A stretch of DNA of 64,000 nt, from positions 7,068,001-7,132,000 of the forward strand of contig OZ024753.1 of the NCBI GenBank assembly GCA_964016885.1, written 5' to 3'. This DNA comes from Eledone cirrhosa. Taxonomy: Eukaryota. The notes beneath the pieces were generated by a model that saw only the letters and a program-made list of their open reading frames with translations, was not told the DNA's origin and did no database searches. This document shows, piece by piece, positions 12,716-27,298 of the stretch (the stretch's first letter is position 1; each line of letters opens with the position of its first letter). Position numbers and translations under genes: made by a program.

Positions 12716-12820
12716 ACATCCCAACACAAGAATGACGGGGACATTCTACTGACATGGCTTTAAAGAGTCTGTTTGCATAATTGCAAACGAATCGAATATT
12801 ATTATTAATATTCGAAAAGA

Positions 12821-13013
12821 TGGCGGTGGATTGGCAGTATCGGTAAAGGGTCGGACGCCATGCTTTGACGCATAGAGTTACGGCCCTTGCCATTCTGAGT
12901 TCAAATCCCGCCGAGGTTAACTTTGCCTTTCATCCTTACAGGGTCGATAAAATAAAGTACCAGTAATGCACTGGGTAATTGCTGGCCTTGTGCCAAAAGT
13001 AGAAACAATTATT
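12821..13013 (+). mobile_element. Full-length short-tail SINE with 18-bp target-site duplication
   Basis: ATTATTAATATTCGAAAA at 12801-12818 and 13008-13025; empty site present at about 54587-54605. Confidence 0.95.
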
Positions 13014-13264
13014 AATATTCGAAAAACTCAGATTACATTCATTGTATTCAGCCACTTAGAGCGATAACTATTTGTTAATTATAATAATTATACATATGAC
13101 TATACAGAGATCCTACATTGGTGAGCTGATGATACTTTAGTGTTAGCAGTTTACACTATAACTGAAACGTGTGTAGATGATAATAAAATGTTTCGAAGTA
13201 TCATCATTGGTTTGTCACTTGATTTAAATTATGACGATCTGTATTCTTCCATAAGCGATTAACC

Positions 13265-13551
13265 TAAAGTCTAAAGTCTGTATTAAGCCAGAAGTCTCGT
13301 TTGGCCGGTGCCTATCCCGGTTTCATGGCGTGAAGCGACTGAGAGTACAAGATTCCTCATGGACTAGACGCCAGTCCATCGCAGAGTTAACCTCCCAGCT
13401 ATTGCTGGTGGCACTCATTTTCAACTCAGTATACTGGAGCAACGTGAAATGAAGTGTTTTGCTCAAGAACACAACACGCAACTCAGTAATCGAACCTACG
13501 ACATTATGATCGTAAGTCCAATACCCTTACCACAAGGCCACGTGCCTCCAC
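13265..13551 (-). mobile_element. CORE-type tRNA SINE, near full length
   Basis: tRNA head at 13470-13551, CORE-like block, GATGGACTGGCGTC block, (CTTTAGA)n-like tail. Confidence 0.8.
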
Positions 13552-14249
13552 AATTGATTAATACATTCATCTCTTTAGCATTTGGTAATGTACGAATGTT
13601 ACATCCACTCTTATTCATTTCTAATAACCGAACGTATAATTGTGATACGTATGCAAAATAGTAATGAAATTTCAAATAAAACTTTAGACCTTTTAAACCT
13701 AACCTGTACCATTTTTATTTTAAAATGTTTGTATAAACGTTTATGAATATTTCCATATTTCCATCAGCGTTTCTTGTAATTGAACATTAAATTATTAATT
13801 TAAAGAGAACTCATTTGATAGCTTTTGTGGGAAATGACTAGATAATTTCAACTCTGCAGAAAACAGGCCTAAATGCACCAAATCATCTTATCTTTAATAC
13901 TTTGATGTCGGTTCTCACAATTTGTTTCGAATTTCACTGATAAAAATATCAACGTTTCCATTTGCTGTGATGTTTTTATCAAAATCAAGTGTATCATATA
14001 CAGCAGTGAATTCCACCTTGGAGCGCACGTTTCATGGGGGAAATATTTAAATATTTAAGGGGATCAATTTAAAAGTGATGTTAATGCTTTTCAGGTTTTG
14101 CCTTATTACATTTACACCAAAGCAACATTGGTACACATTACTGTCGGAAACTCCTGCCTCATATCCACGTGTTATACTGCATCTGGCTTCCCCTATTCGC
14201 CAATTTGTTTACACTTTGAGTTTATCATCGCTGCTTCCATATCACAAGG

Positions 14250-14311
14250 GGACATAACAATTTTCGAGATGTTGAGGTGAGGCATAGTACACAAAAGGTT
14301 GGGAACTACTG
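14250..14311 (-). mobile_element. hAT/Charlie-like terminal inverted repeat (one end only)
   Basis: Reverse complement begins CAGTAGTTCCCAACCTTTT; partner end not found. Confidence 0.4.
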
Positions 14312-14457
14312 ATATTCAGGGATTGCCAATAAAAATTGTAATATATGTTTATAGCAAACATCTGTGAATTCGAAACTGTAAATGTTTAATATATCCATAT
14401 TTCTTTCTTTAATTATCAAGAATCCTGGAGAACCAATAATATAATAATATATATACA

Positions 14458-14539
14458 TGCTTTCTGAAGATCCGAACATTTCCATTGGAAGTCCCTAGAA
14501 TCTCCAATCTTTTGTGAGGTGAAACCGTCGGTAAAAGCA
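14458..14539 (+). ncRNA. Type I hammerhead motif with a long stem II insertion
   Basis: TGCTTT CTGAAGA TCC..(ATTGGA/TCCAAT)..GGT GAAA CCGTCGG TA AAAGCA; intact core, 6-bp stem I. Confidence 0.75.
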
Positions 14540-14988
14540 AAAGGAATAGGTCAATATTTAAATTATATTTTTTAATTTATTTTAAAAAATTGTTTGAATC
14601 TTGCTTGCTCCGCTTATCTCAATTTTATAGTTCTGGTATGTCAAATTAATACCATAGAACAACCACTGTATCATAGACACCCTATATATTTCGAGAGGTA
14701 TTTAGTACCTGTGGGGATATTGATCTCCTTTATATATATATATATGAGAAATAGGATTTCGCTTCAAGCATAGCTTTATACAATATGCATAGAAATACGA
14801 TTTTAGGAAGCCGTAGCTTCTGTTGGATAACACCAGAGGGCATTAGCCCCGGGTGTTCGCATAGCTACGGCTTTCTAAAATTGTTTTTCTTTCGAAATAC
14901 GAAATTTCTATACGAATTATATAAAGCTATGCTTGAAGCCGAATCCTATTTCTTTTCTATTATAAGTTGAGCCAACTTATGCAGCTTC

Positions 14989-15040
14989 ATATGCAAATGA
15001 GATTAATCAGCTCATTTACACAGACGAAAAAACTACATGT
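14989..15040 (+). promoter_or_regulatory. Octamer plus PSE/TATA-like candidate promoter
   Basis: ATATGCAAATGAG (identical 13-mer at 50659) followed by ACGAAAAAACTACATG. Confidence 0.5.
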
Positions 15041-15056
15041 TCTCGCCTGTTTTCAA

Positions 15057-15151
15057 GTCCAGCAGTCGCAGAGCAGTGGGAGGGATCGTCCTGACGATAG
15101 CCAGTCAAGCCTGAAATTCATAGACGGTTGTCCCCCTTGCTTCTGCTGGAC
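15057..15151 (+). ncRNA. Type I hammerhead ribozyme with extended stem I
   Basis: GATCGTC CTGACGA TAGC cagtcaa GCCT GAAA TTCA TA GACGGTT; distal pairs GGGA/TCCC and GTCCAGCAG/CTGCTGGAC. Confidence 0.85.
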
Positions 15152-15474
15152 AACACCAGCGAGCGTTAGTCCCCCCGGTGTTCGCATAGCTACGGCTTCC
15201 TAAAAACGTATTTCTTTCGAAATACAAATTTCTATACATATATACATATATATATATATTTTACTGGGAATTCTATAATCACAACTTTTAGTAGTGAACG
15301 TATTTTATAGAAGTTCGGATGTTTTATCTAACAGATAGCAAACTGAATGTTGGCAGGAGCGTTTTAGGGTTTCGATGAAATGATTTGATATATCTGTTCA
15401 GGGTATGTAAGTTGTTAGATTAAACACAATGATGTCAGCATGGCCTTTCATGCTCCCGAGGTCAGTATATTAAA

Positions 15475-15695
15475 GGGTTTCTGATTCAGACACAAGGACA
15501 ACAATTTGGCGGGAGAGGAGAAAGTCGATTAAATCGACCGCAGTGCGTTACTGGTACTTTATTTTATCGACTCCGTAAAGACGAATGGCAAAGTTAATCT
15601 CGTCGGGATTTGAACTGAGAACGTAAAGGGCCGTAACTATATGCCGCGAAGCATGTTGTCCAACGCTCTACCGATACTGCGGATACACCATCCGT
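15475..15695 (-). mobile_element. Main-family SINE, long tail
   Basis: Full head-to-tail match. Confidence 0.9.
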
Positions 15696-15749
15696 TGCCA
15701 AAAATAATACACCAACGAAGGACCGGGGTAGATTTAGTCATGTGTGAGA

Positions 15750-16305
<556 letters not shown>

Positions 16306-16309
16306 TAAA

Positions 16310-17310
16310 AGAGAAAACACAGGTAAGCGAAGGATTTTATCCAGGTATTTACGACCGTTTCATTGGTAAGTGCAACCTTATATTGCTATACTGCAAATAG
16401 CAGCCACTCAATTATAATTGTTGTTCACAGTCTAAATTTTCAAAATAGTAAGTTACTCTTGAAATAATTCTTAATATATAGAGAAAAACATTTATTTGGA
16501 ATTGTATTTACTAGTATAGAGAGAGAGGAATCAGGAGGTGAGGGGACAAACGGAATAGTATAGAAAGAGAGGAAGGGGGAAGAGGTAGGAAGTAGAGTGA
16601 GAAACTGAGATGGAGAGAGGGGTAGAGGTCAAAGGATTCTTTGGTCAGTTTTGATAGCAGACTTCATGTCGTGGAATGTAGTGAGTTAAAGAGAATTAAA
16701 TTGATCATAGTGGGAGGGAGGGAGAGAGAGGGGGGAGAGAGAGGGGGAGATATAAAGAGATAAATATAAATATATATATGTATAAAAAATAAAGATAAAG
16801 ATAATAATGACAAAAATAAAGCAAAGAAGGGGTGAGAAAGAAGAAAAGAAAAGATAGCCAAGAAGGGGAAGGAAGGAAGGAAGAAAACGAAGAAATAGAA
16901 GAGGAATGAGGGAGAAGGGGGGATATATGTATTGGTTTTGTGGGTAATTAAAGGGTTTAGATATAAGAGGGTATAAAGTCTAAGTATATGCAGTTTGTCA
17001 GTTGGTAGTAAGAGGTTAAGGGTTCGATTTGTAGTGCGAACACTTCTCTTTGAGTCTATGGTTACAATAAAATAATGAAACGTTCCCAGTTATGTAACTA
17101 CCCTTGCAAACAAGACCTGGCAACTGAGGGAAAGTAACCATCAATACACCCTGAAGTTGAAAACATTATCGAACGCGCCCCCATATCGGAGTGGTATGAG
17201 AAGCTATCGATTATGCGACCTTGAGCTGTTCCACATCTTGAGTTCGAAGAATAAGTTACTCAAAAATAAAATCGAAAGATCAATTTATTGTAACCATAGA
17301 CTCATAGAGT
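16310..17310. mobile_element. Penelope-like element: GIY-YIG C-terminus (+, 17090-17310) preceded by an inverted pseudo-LTR (-, about 16310-17075)
   Basis: VTTLANKTWQLRESNHQYTLKLKTLSNAPPYRSGMRSYRLCDLELFHILSSKNKLLKNKIERSIYCNHRL; 17046-17072 is the reverse complement of 17284-17309 and continues HRLKEKCSHYKSNP-stop. Confidence 0.75.
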
Positions 17311-17319
17311 ATAATGATA

Positions 17320-17445
17320 ATATATATATATATAATCATATATATATATATATATATATATAATCATATATATATATATATAATATATATATATATATAA
17401 TCATATATATATATATATATAATCATATATATATATATATATATA

Positions 17446-17481
<36 letters not shown>

Positions 17482-17499
17482 CATATATATATATATATA

Positions 17500-17575
<76 letters not shown>

Positions 17576-17657
17576 CATATATATATATATATATATATAT
17601 AATCATATATATATATATATAATCATATATATAATCATATATATATATATATATATA

Positions 17658-17740
<83 letters not shown>
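17320..17740. repeat. (TA)n array punctuated by ATC
   Basis: Direct reading. Confidence 0.95.
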
Positions 17741-17742
<2 letters not shown>

Positions 17743-18074
17743 TAGGTGATGGCCACGGCTAGAACTATTTTGAAGAAAAGTCATCTCGATAAAGATCACT
17801 CTAGTCTAAACGGCAATAAATTTCACACAGAATCATAAAGAAAAAATTAAATTTCCAAATGATAAAAAAATATAAATACAATTTTGTGTGAAAGTGTTTC
17901 GAGATGTCACCCGCAACACATAAACACGAAATTGACAAGAAGTGTACGTTTTCCAATAATTAAAGTATCGATCTGTGGGTATTTAAATAGATTACGAATC
18001 TATTTAATCATAACAGTGTTAGGTGTGATGACAAATATATAGGCATTGAAGTGTTTTGAATAATTATCATCCAC

Positions 18075-18200
18075 TTCTTCACCTTCTTCTTCTTCTTCTT
18101 CTTCTTCTTCTTCTTCTTCTTCTTCTCCTCCTTCTTCTCCTTCTTCTTCTTCTTCTTCTTCTTCTCTTTCCGTTTCTTCTTCTCCTCCTCCGCCTTCTTC
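18075..18200. repeat. (CTT)n microsatellite
   Basis: Direct reading. Confidence 0.95.
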
Positions 18201-18605
18201 TTAGTATCACTACTACCATTTTTATTAATTTGATATTACTCATTTTTGTGAGTATTCTTTTATATCGAAACAAAAATCAATCCGTTAAGCAACAAAAACA
18301 GGAACAGCTGGAACTATATAATAAAAACCAGTACCGCTACTAACAAACAAAACAAAAGGAAGTTGACCAAACACAAACTAGGTAATCAACGACATATTCA
18401 ATATATGTACACACCACACATATATGTATGTATGGCCCCCTAACTCCTGATAGAATCGACGGCCGCTGCATTACATATGATATTTCTTGGGCATTTGAAG
18501 CCTGGCGGAGCCCATCCCTCTCCAGGCCTGAGTACAGTTCAGTAAATTAATTCCAGAGATTCAACCCTGTCAGGCCCTTGAATCTTTCTAAATTCTCATT
18601 CTTCC

Positions 18606-18638
18606 TTCTGGTGAAGGACTAGCATCCGAAACGTTAAA
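18606..18638 (+). ncRNA. Minimal PLE-type hammerhead relic (core A6>G)
   Basis: TT CTGGTGA A GGA ctagca TCC GAAACGTTA AA; truncated relative CTGATGAAGGACTA at 53346. Confidence 0.55.
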
Positions 18639-18791
18639 ACCCTATTCCTACTATTTCAAGCGTTAAACTAATATATTCCTTCCATATACTGTACACATAT
18701 GTTGCTGTTTACGTCTTACATACACACAAACACACACATATATGTATATATACATTACACAATTATCAAAGTTATGTTCAAATCATTTAAT

Positions 18792-18838
18792 TGCTGACAA
18801 TCGTTTCTTCCAAATTTTCGTCTGAAGTCATCGGAGCA
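18792..18838 (-). ncRNA. Hammerhead motif (core U4>C)
   Basis: Minus strand: TGCT CCGATGA CTTC agacgaaaatttg GAA GAAAC GATT GTC AGCA. Confidence 0.65.
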
Positions 18839-19399
18839 TTATCAATGTTTGTACATATAATATCCTGCTCTGTAAAACACCTGATGTTCTTACATTGAGC
18901 TATTTGTCTTACTGGTAATAAGGTAGTAATACATTACTTACCTTTCCTGTTTATAGTTGTTTATAGTATATACATGACTATAAATAGTATCATTATTATT
19001 ATTATATGTATATATATAATAATTACTAGAACATTCACCTATTCTCGATATATGGTTACCTAAAGAATTCAAACTACCGTCGGTTTCACATACGTCGTTG
19101 TTAAATCGTCGCGGTTGACGTAATATTTTAATAGAAATTCCGAATAAGGTCAGCGTCTATATGTTTAGATATTATTTATATTAAATTTGGATTTGAAAAA
19201 TCATATCTTTGGTTGTATTTCTGTCTTTTGGAGGTGATGGTGTTGGTTCTGCTGGCAGGGTGGAAGGAGATGGAGGTGTGACGTGGGGATGATGGCGGAC
19301 GTAGTGTTGTTGGATGCTTTTTTTTTTTTATTCAATGAAAAAATATTATGTTTGTTTATGGTTTACTGCAACGGAAACAGTTTTAAATACAGTTTATAG

Positions 19400-19499
19400 C
19401 ATTATATGTATATATTGTTTATACACACACACACACACATTTATATATATATATATATTATGTATATATATATATATAATATATATATATATAATATAT

Positions 19500-19577
<78 letters not shown>

Positions 19578-19922
19578 TATATATATATAATATATATATA
19601 TATATAATATATATATATATATAATATATATATATATATAATATATAATATATATATAATATATAATATATATATATATATATATAATATATATATATAT
19701 ATATAATATATATATATATATATAATATATAATATATATATAATATATAATATATATATATATATATATAATATATATATATATATATAATATATATATA
19801 TATATATAATATATATATATATATAATATATAATATATATATAATATATAATATATATATATATATATATAATATATATATATATATAATATATAATATA
19901 TATATATATATATATAATATAT

Positions 19923-19965
<43 letters not shown>

Positions 19966-20009
19966 TATATATATAATATATATATATCTATAATATATAT
20001 ATATCTATA

Positions 20010-20041
<32 letters not shown>

Positions 20042-20432
20042 TATATATATAATATATATATATATATAATATATAATATATATATATATATAATATATAT
20101 ATATATATAATATATATATATATATAATATATAATATATATATATATATAATATATATATATATATATAATATATGATATATATATATATATAATATATA
20201 TATATATATAATATATAATATATAATCTATATATATATAATATATATATATATATAATATATAATATATATATATAATATATATATATATAATATATATA
20301 TATATATATAATATATATATATATATAATATATATATATATATATAATATATATATATATATAATATATAATATATATATAATATATAATATATATATAT
20401 ATATAATATATATATATATATATAATATATAT

Positions 20433-20516
<84 letters not shown>

Positions 20517-20557
20517 AATAATATATATATATATATATAATATATATATATATATAT

Positions 20558-20588
<31 letters not shown>

Positions 20589-20683
20589 ATATATATATAT
20601 ATATTTATAATATATATATATATATATATATTTATAATATATATATATATATATATTTATAATATATATATATATATATATAT

Positions 20684-20769
<86 letters not shown>

Positions 20770-20885
20770 TATATATATTTATAATATATATATATGGATA
20801 AAAATTTATAATATATATATATATAATATATATATATATTTATAATATATATATATAGATAAAAATTTATAATATATATATATAT

Positions 20886-20918
<33 letters not shown>

Positions 20919-21008
20919 ATATATATATCATATATATATAATATATATATCATATATATTATATATATATATAATATATATAATATATATATGTAATATA
21001 TATAATAT

Positions 21009-21053
<45 letters not shown>

Positions 21054-21326
21054 TATCATATATATTATATATATATATAATATATATAATATATATATGT
21101 AATATATATAATATATATATATAATATATATAATATATATATATAATATATATAATATATATATATAATATATATATAATATATATAATATATATATGTA
21201 ATATATATAATATATATATATAATATATATAATATATATATATAATATATATAATATATATATATAATATATATAATATATATATATAATATATATATAT
21301 ATATAATATATATATATATATAATAT

Positions 21327-21394
<68 letters not shown>

Positions 21395-21707
21395 TATATA
21401 TAATATATATATATAAAATATATATAATATATATATATAATATATATATATATAATATATATATATATAATATATATATATAATATATATATATATAATA
21501 TATATATATATAATATATATGATATATATATATATGATATATATATATATGATATATATATATATATAATATATATAATATAAATATATATATGATATAT
21601 ATATATAATATATATAATATAAATATATATATGATATATATATATATATATATATAATATAAATATATATATGATATATATATATATATATAATATAAAT
21701 ATATATA

Positions 21708-21751
<44 letters not shown>

Positions 21752-22248
21752 AATATATATATGATATATATCATATAAATATATATATATATATATATAT
21801 AATATAAATATATATATGATATATATATATATATAATATAAATATATATATGATATATATATATATATAATATAAATATATATATGATATATATATATAT
21901 ATATATAATATAAATATATATATGATATATATATATATATAATATAAATATATATATGATATATATATATATATATATAAATATATATATGATATATATA
22001 TATAATATAAATATATATATGATATATATATATATAATATAAATATATATATGATATATATATATATATAATATAAATATATATATGATATATATATATA
22101 TAATATAAATATATATATGATATATATATATATATATATAATATAAATATATATATGATATATATATATATATAATATATATATGTATATAATATATATA
22201 TATATATATAATATATATATATATAATATATATATATAATATATATAT

Positions 22249-22279
<31 letters not shown>

Positions 22280-22412
22280 ATATATATATATATATATAAT
22301 ATATATATATAATATATATATATATAATATATATATATATAATATATATATATATAATATATATATATATATATAATATATATATATAATATATATGTAA
22401 TATATATATAAT

Positions 22413-22446
<34 letters not shown>

Positions 22447-22539
22447 ATATATATATATAATATATATAATATATATATAATATATATATATAATATATAT
22501 ATAATATATATATATAATATATATATAATATATATATAT

Positions 22540-22570
<31 letters not shown>
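19400..22570. repeat. Giant interrupted (TA)n array, about 3.1 kb
   Basis: Direct reading; AAT interruptions, then GAT/AAAT interruptions. Confidence 0.98.
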
Positions 22571-22571
<1 letters not shown>

Positions 22572-22689
22572 TTAATTATTAAAATAACAGATTAAATTTT
22601 AAGCAAAAATCTACGGTTCCTATATATTTTATATATATTTATCCTTGTCGAGCCCTCTTTGGATTTTAGTCTTCAGATTTATTATTATT

Positions 22690-24500
<1,811 letters not shown>

Positions 24501-24778
24501 GACATATATAACAGACATATATAAATATGTATGTGTGTGATTTTATGTGTGTGTCTTTATTAATATAGTTATATATAGGTGTGTGTGTGTCCGTCCTTGA
24601 GTTATCAGCTATGTTTGTAGGTGTGTTTTAATGTGAGAGTGTGAGAATGTCTTCGTGCTGTATAATATATTAAATAATTTCGTATATGGATGTCAAAATG
24701 TTGGGCCATTTTACAAGTGTTCCGTTATATTATTTTACCTTAAATACGGCGGATTATTTTATATTATTTTACCTTAAA

Positions 24779-24971
24779 GGCGGTGGATTGGCAGTATCGG
24801 TAGAGAGTCGGACACCATGCTTTGAAGCATAGAGTTACCTCCCTTTATGATCTGAGTTCAAATCCAGCCGAGGTTAACGTTGCCTTTCATCCTTACGGGG
24901 TCGATAAAATAAAGTATGAGTAATGCACTGGGTAATTGCTGGCCTTGTGCCAAAAAGTAGAAACAATTATT
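24779..24971 (+). mobile_element. Short-tail SINE with ATTATTTTACCT flanking duplication
   Basis: Full match; flank repeated at 24729, 24763 and 24966. Confidence 0.9.
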
Positions 24972-25139
24972 TTACCTAAAATACCATGCGAACATTTCCT
25001 ATAGAAGCTCGACTGAAACTGGGGAAGAAATTAAGGATTTTCACTGAATACTAAAACTGATACAAATAGAGAGGTGTGAGTGAGGGAGGTAAATGTATTG
25101 AGTGAGAGAGAAAGAGAGAGAGAAGGAGAGAGAGGATAA

Positions 25140-25490
25140 AGGGAGATAACGAAGGAGGGAAAATTAGATAAAGGCTGATAGAAAGCGTGAGAGAGAGAGG
25201 GGGGATAAAGACAGATAAGAAAGGAGGGAAAACGAGATAAAGGCTGATAGAAAGTGTGAGAGAGAGAGAGAGACAGAGAGAGAATGAGAGACAGAGAGAG
25301 ACGGAGAGAAAGATAGAGAGAAAGAGATAGATAGATAGATAGAGGGCGAAGATAAAGAGAGGTAAGAAAGGAGGAAAAACGAGATAAAGGCTGATAGAAA
25401 GCGAGAGAGAGAGAGAAAGGGAGAGAGAGAGATATACAGAGAGATCATGAAGGAGGGAAAACGAACTAAAGGCTGATAGAAAGCGTGATA
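25140..25490. repeat. Four degenerate purine-rich repeats separated by (GA)n spacers
   Basis: GGAGGGAAAACGAGATAAAGGCTGATAGAAAGCGTGA at about 25153, 25223, 25369 and 25452. Confidence 0.85.
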
Positions 25491-25502
25491 TATATATATA
25501 TA

Positions 25503-26221
25503 TATAATAACTAGAAATTGATTAACATATAAATAAATATGAATAATCGCAGGAGATAATTTTTACAAGTGTGTAACCACACATAGCTAGGTAGGTAACT
25601 AAATAAAGTTGACCAGAACTTCAAAAATAGTTACCTTATAATATGATTAATCTTCCCTGTATATATTCCATTAAAGAGATATATTTCACCAACTAATCGG
25701 ATGGTAAACCACGGAAGTGGAGACTTGGATTGTCAACAAGGAAGAAGTTCCAGCGATCCGTGTTTACACTTCAACTTCAAATCAGCGACTGGCCAGCACC
25801 ACGTGTTATATCTACTAGAAATACACACATCATACTAGCTTCGTCCCAGTGGCATGAATAGGGTTATCGACAACTAGAAACAGCAGTCGAGTCCTTTCAA
25901 CAGAGTTAGCTCTACAATTAAGGAGCCGTATTGATATATCTATATCCAAAATTAAGATAAATCAAATGAATATAATCTAAATCAAAATTATGGGTGTCAT
26001 GCCAGAAAGACATGCGCCATATCACCCACAAAATAAGCTCTAAGATTCTGTGATTATTCATGTTTATTTATATGTTAATCAATTTCTAGTTATTATAAAA
26101 TGCTCGGACCTATTCGTTAGAATCTTAGAGCTTATTTTGCGGGTGATATGGCGCATGTCTTTCTGGCATGACACCCATAATTTTGATTTAGATTATATTC
26201 ATTTGATTTATCTTAATTTTG
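25503..26221. repeat. Nested inverted-repeat element
   Basis: 25947-26049 versus 26119-26221 near perfect; 25503-25551 versus 26048-26097. Confidence 0.9.
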
Positions 26222-26223
26222 TG

Positions 26224-26277
<54 letters not shown>

Positions 26278-26599
26278 TAACAGGATGATGGAGGCGGGCG
26301 GCGGCACGAGGGTGATAATAGGTATTGATACAGCAACGCTAGATATAGACTGCAACAGATACACGATAAAGTAGGCAAGGGTAAGTTATACAAAACCTTA
26401 GGTGTAAATTCTGCATTTAGATGCAATGCAATGCAATATATATATATATATGTGTGTGTATACGTATATGTCATGTGGAATATACTTTAAAGTAATGTCT
26501 GCTTATCAGAACTGGAGCAGACATAGCACCCACAAGCAGGCAGACTCATGCACTCACAGGCTCAGACTCATACCCAGATATTCGGCTATATACATAATT

Positions 26600-27298
26600 T
26601 TTTCTGATATAGGCACAGGGTCAGCAATTATCCCAGTGTATTACTGGTACTTTATTTTATCGACCACGTAACGATGAAAGCCAAAGTTAACACAATGGTT
26701 TCTGATATAGGAACAAGGCCAGCAATGATCCTAGTGTATTACTGGTACTTTATTTTATCGACCACGTAACGATGAAAGCCAAAGTTAACACAATGGTTTC
26801 TGATATAGGCACAAGGCCAGCAATGATCCTAGTGTATTACTGGTACTTTATTTTATCGACCCCGTAACGATGAAAGCAAAAGTTAACACAATGGTTTCTG
26901 ATATAGGCACAAGGTCAGCCTTATCCCAGTGTATTACTGGTACTTTATTTTATCGACCCCGTAACGATGATCGCCAAAGTTAACACAATGGTTTCTGATA
27001 TAGGCACAAGGCCAGCAATGATTCCAGTGTATTACTGGTACTTTATTTTATCGACCCCGTAACGATGAAAGCCAAAGTTAACACAATGGTTTCTGATATA
27101 GGCACAAGGCCAGCAATTATCCCAGTGTATTACTGGTACTATATTTTATCGACCCCGTAACGATGAAAGCCAAAGTTAACACAATGGTTTCTGATATAGG
27201 CACAAGGCAAGCAATGATCCCAGTGTATTACTGGTACTTTATTTTATCGACCCCCGTAAGTATGAAAGGCAAAGTTAACCTCGGCGGGATTTGAACTG
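26600..27298 (-). repeat. SINE-derived 98-bp tandem array, about 7 copies
   Basis: Unit is the SINE body and tail closed by CACAATGG; last unit continues into the B box. Confidence 0.95.

Larger units (their letters stand above)
12400..13085 (+). mobile_element. HHR-bearing non-coding element, family A (about 430-bp unit, terminally redundant, interrupted by a SINE)
   Basis: Direct repeat TGTACTCAGCCATGTAGAGCGATAA at about 12405 and 13043; HHR at 12655; paralogue at 54388-54665. Confidence 0.75.
14748..15238 (+). mobile_element. Retrozyme-like element: about 324-bp unit, 95-bp terminal redundancy and an inverted 5' piece, between (TA)n tracts
   Basis: 14818-14912 repeats at 15140-15237; 14748-14818 is an inverted copy of 14862-14952; HHR inside. 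Confidence 0.85.

Noticed and set aside
13125-13180. CTGATGA...GAAACGTGTGTA hammerhead
   Set aside because: Stem II hairpin present but stem I does not pair; at most a decayed relic
16345-16365. GAAACGGTCGTA (minus) HHR 3' half in the PLE pseudo-LTR
   Set aside because: No CTGANGA partner found
16625-16670. SECIS-like ATGAAGTCTGCTATCAAAA (minus)
   Set aside because: 3' arm does not pair and no GA quartet; SECISearch on a family consensus would be needed
25140-25490. Repeat-spacer pattern
   Set aside because: Repeats are degenerate and spacers are (GA)n expansions
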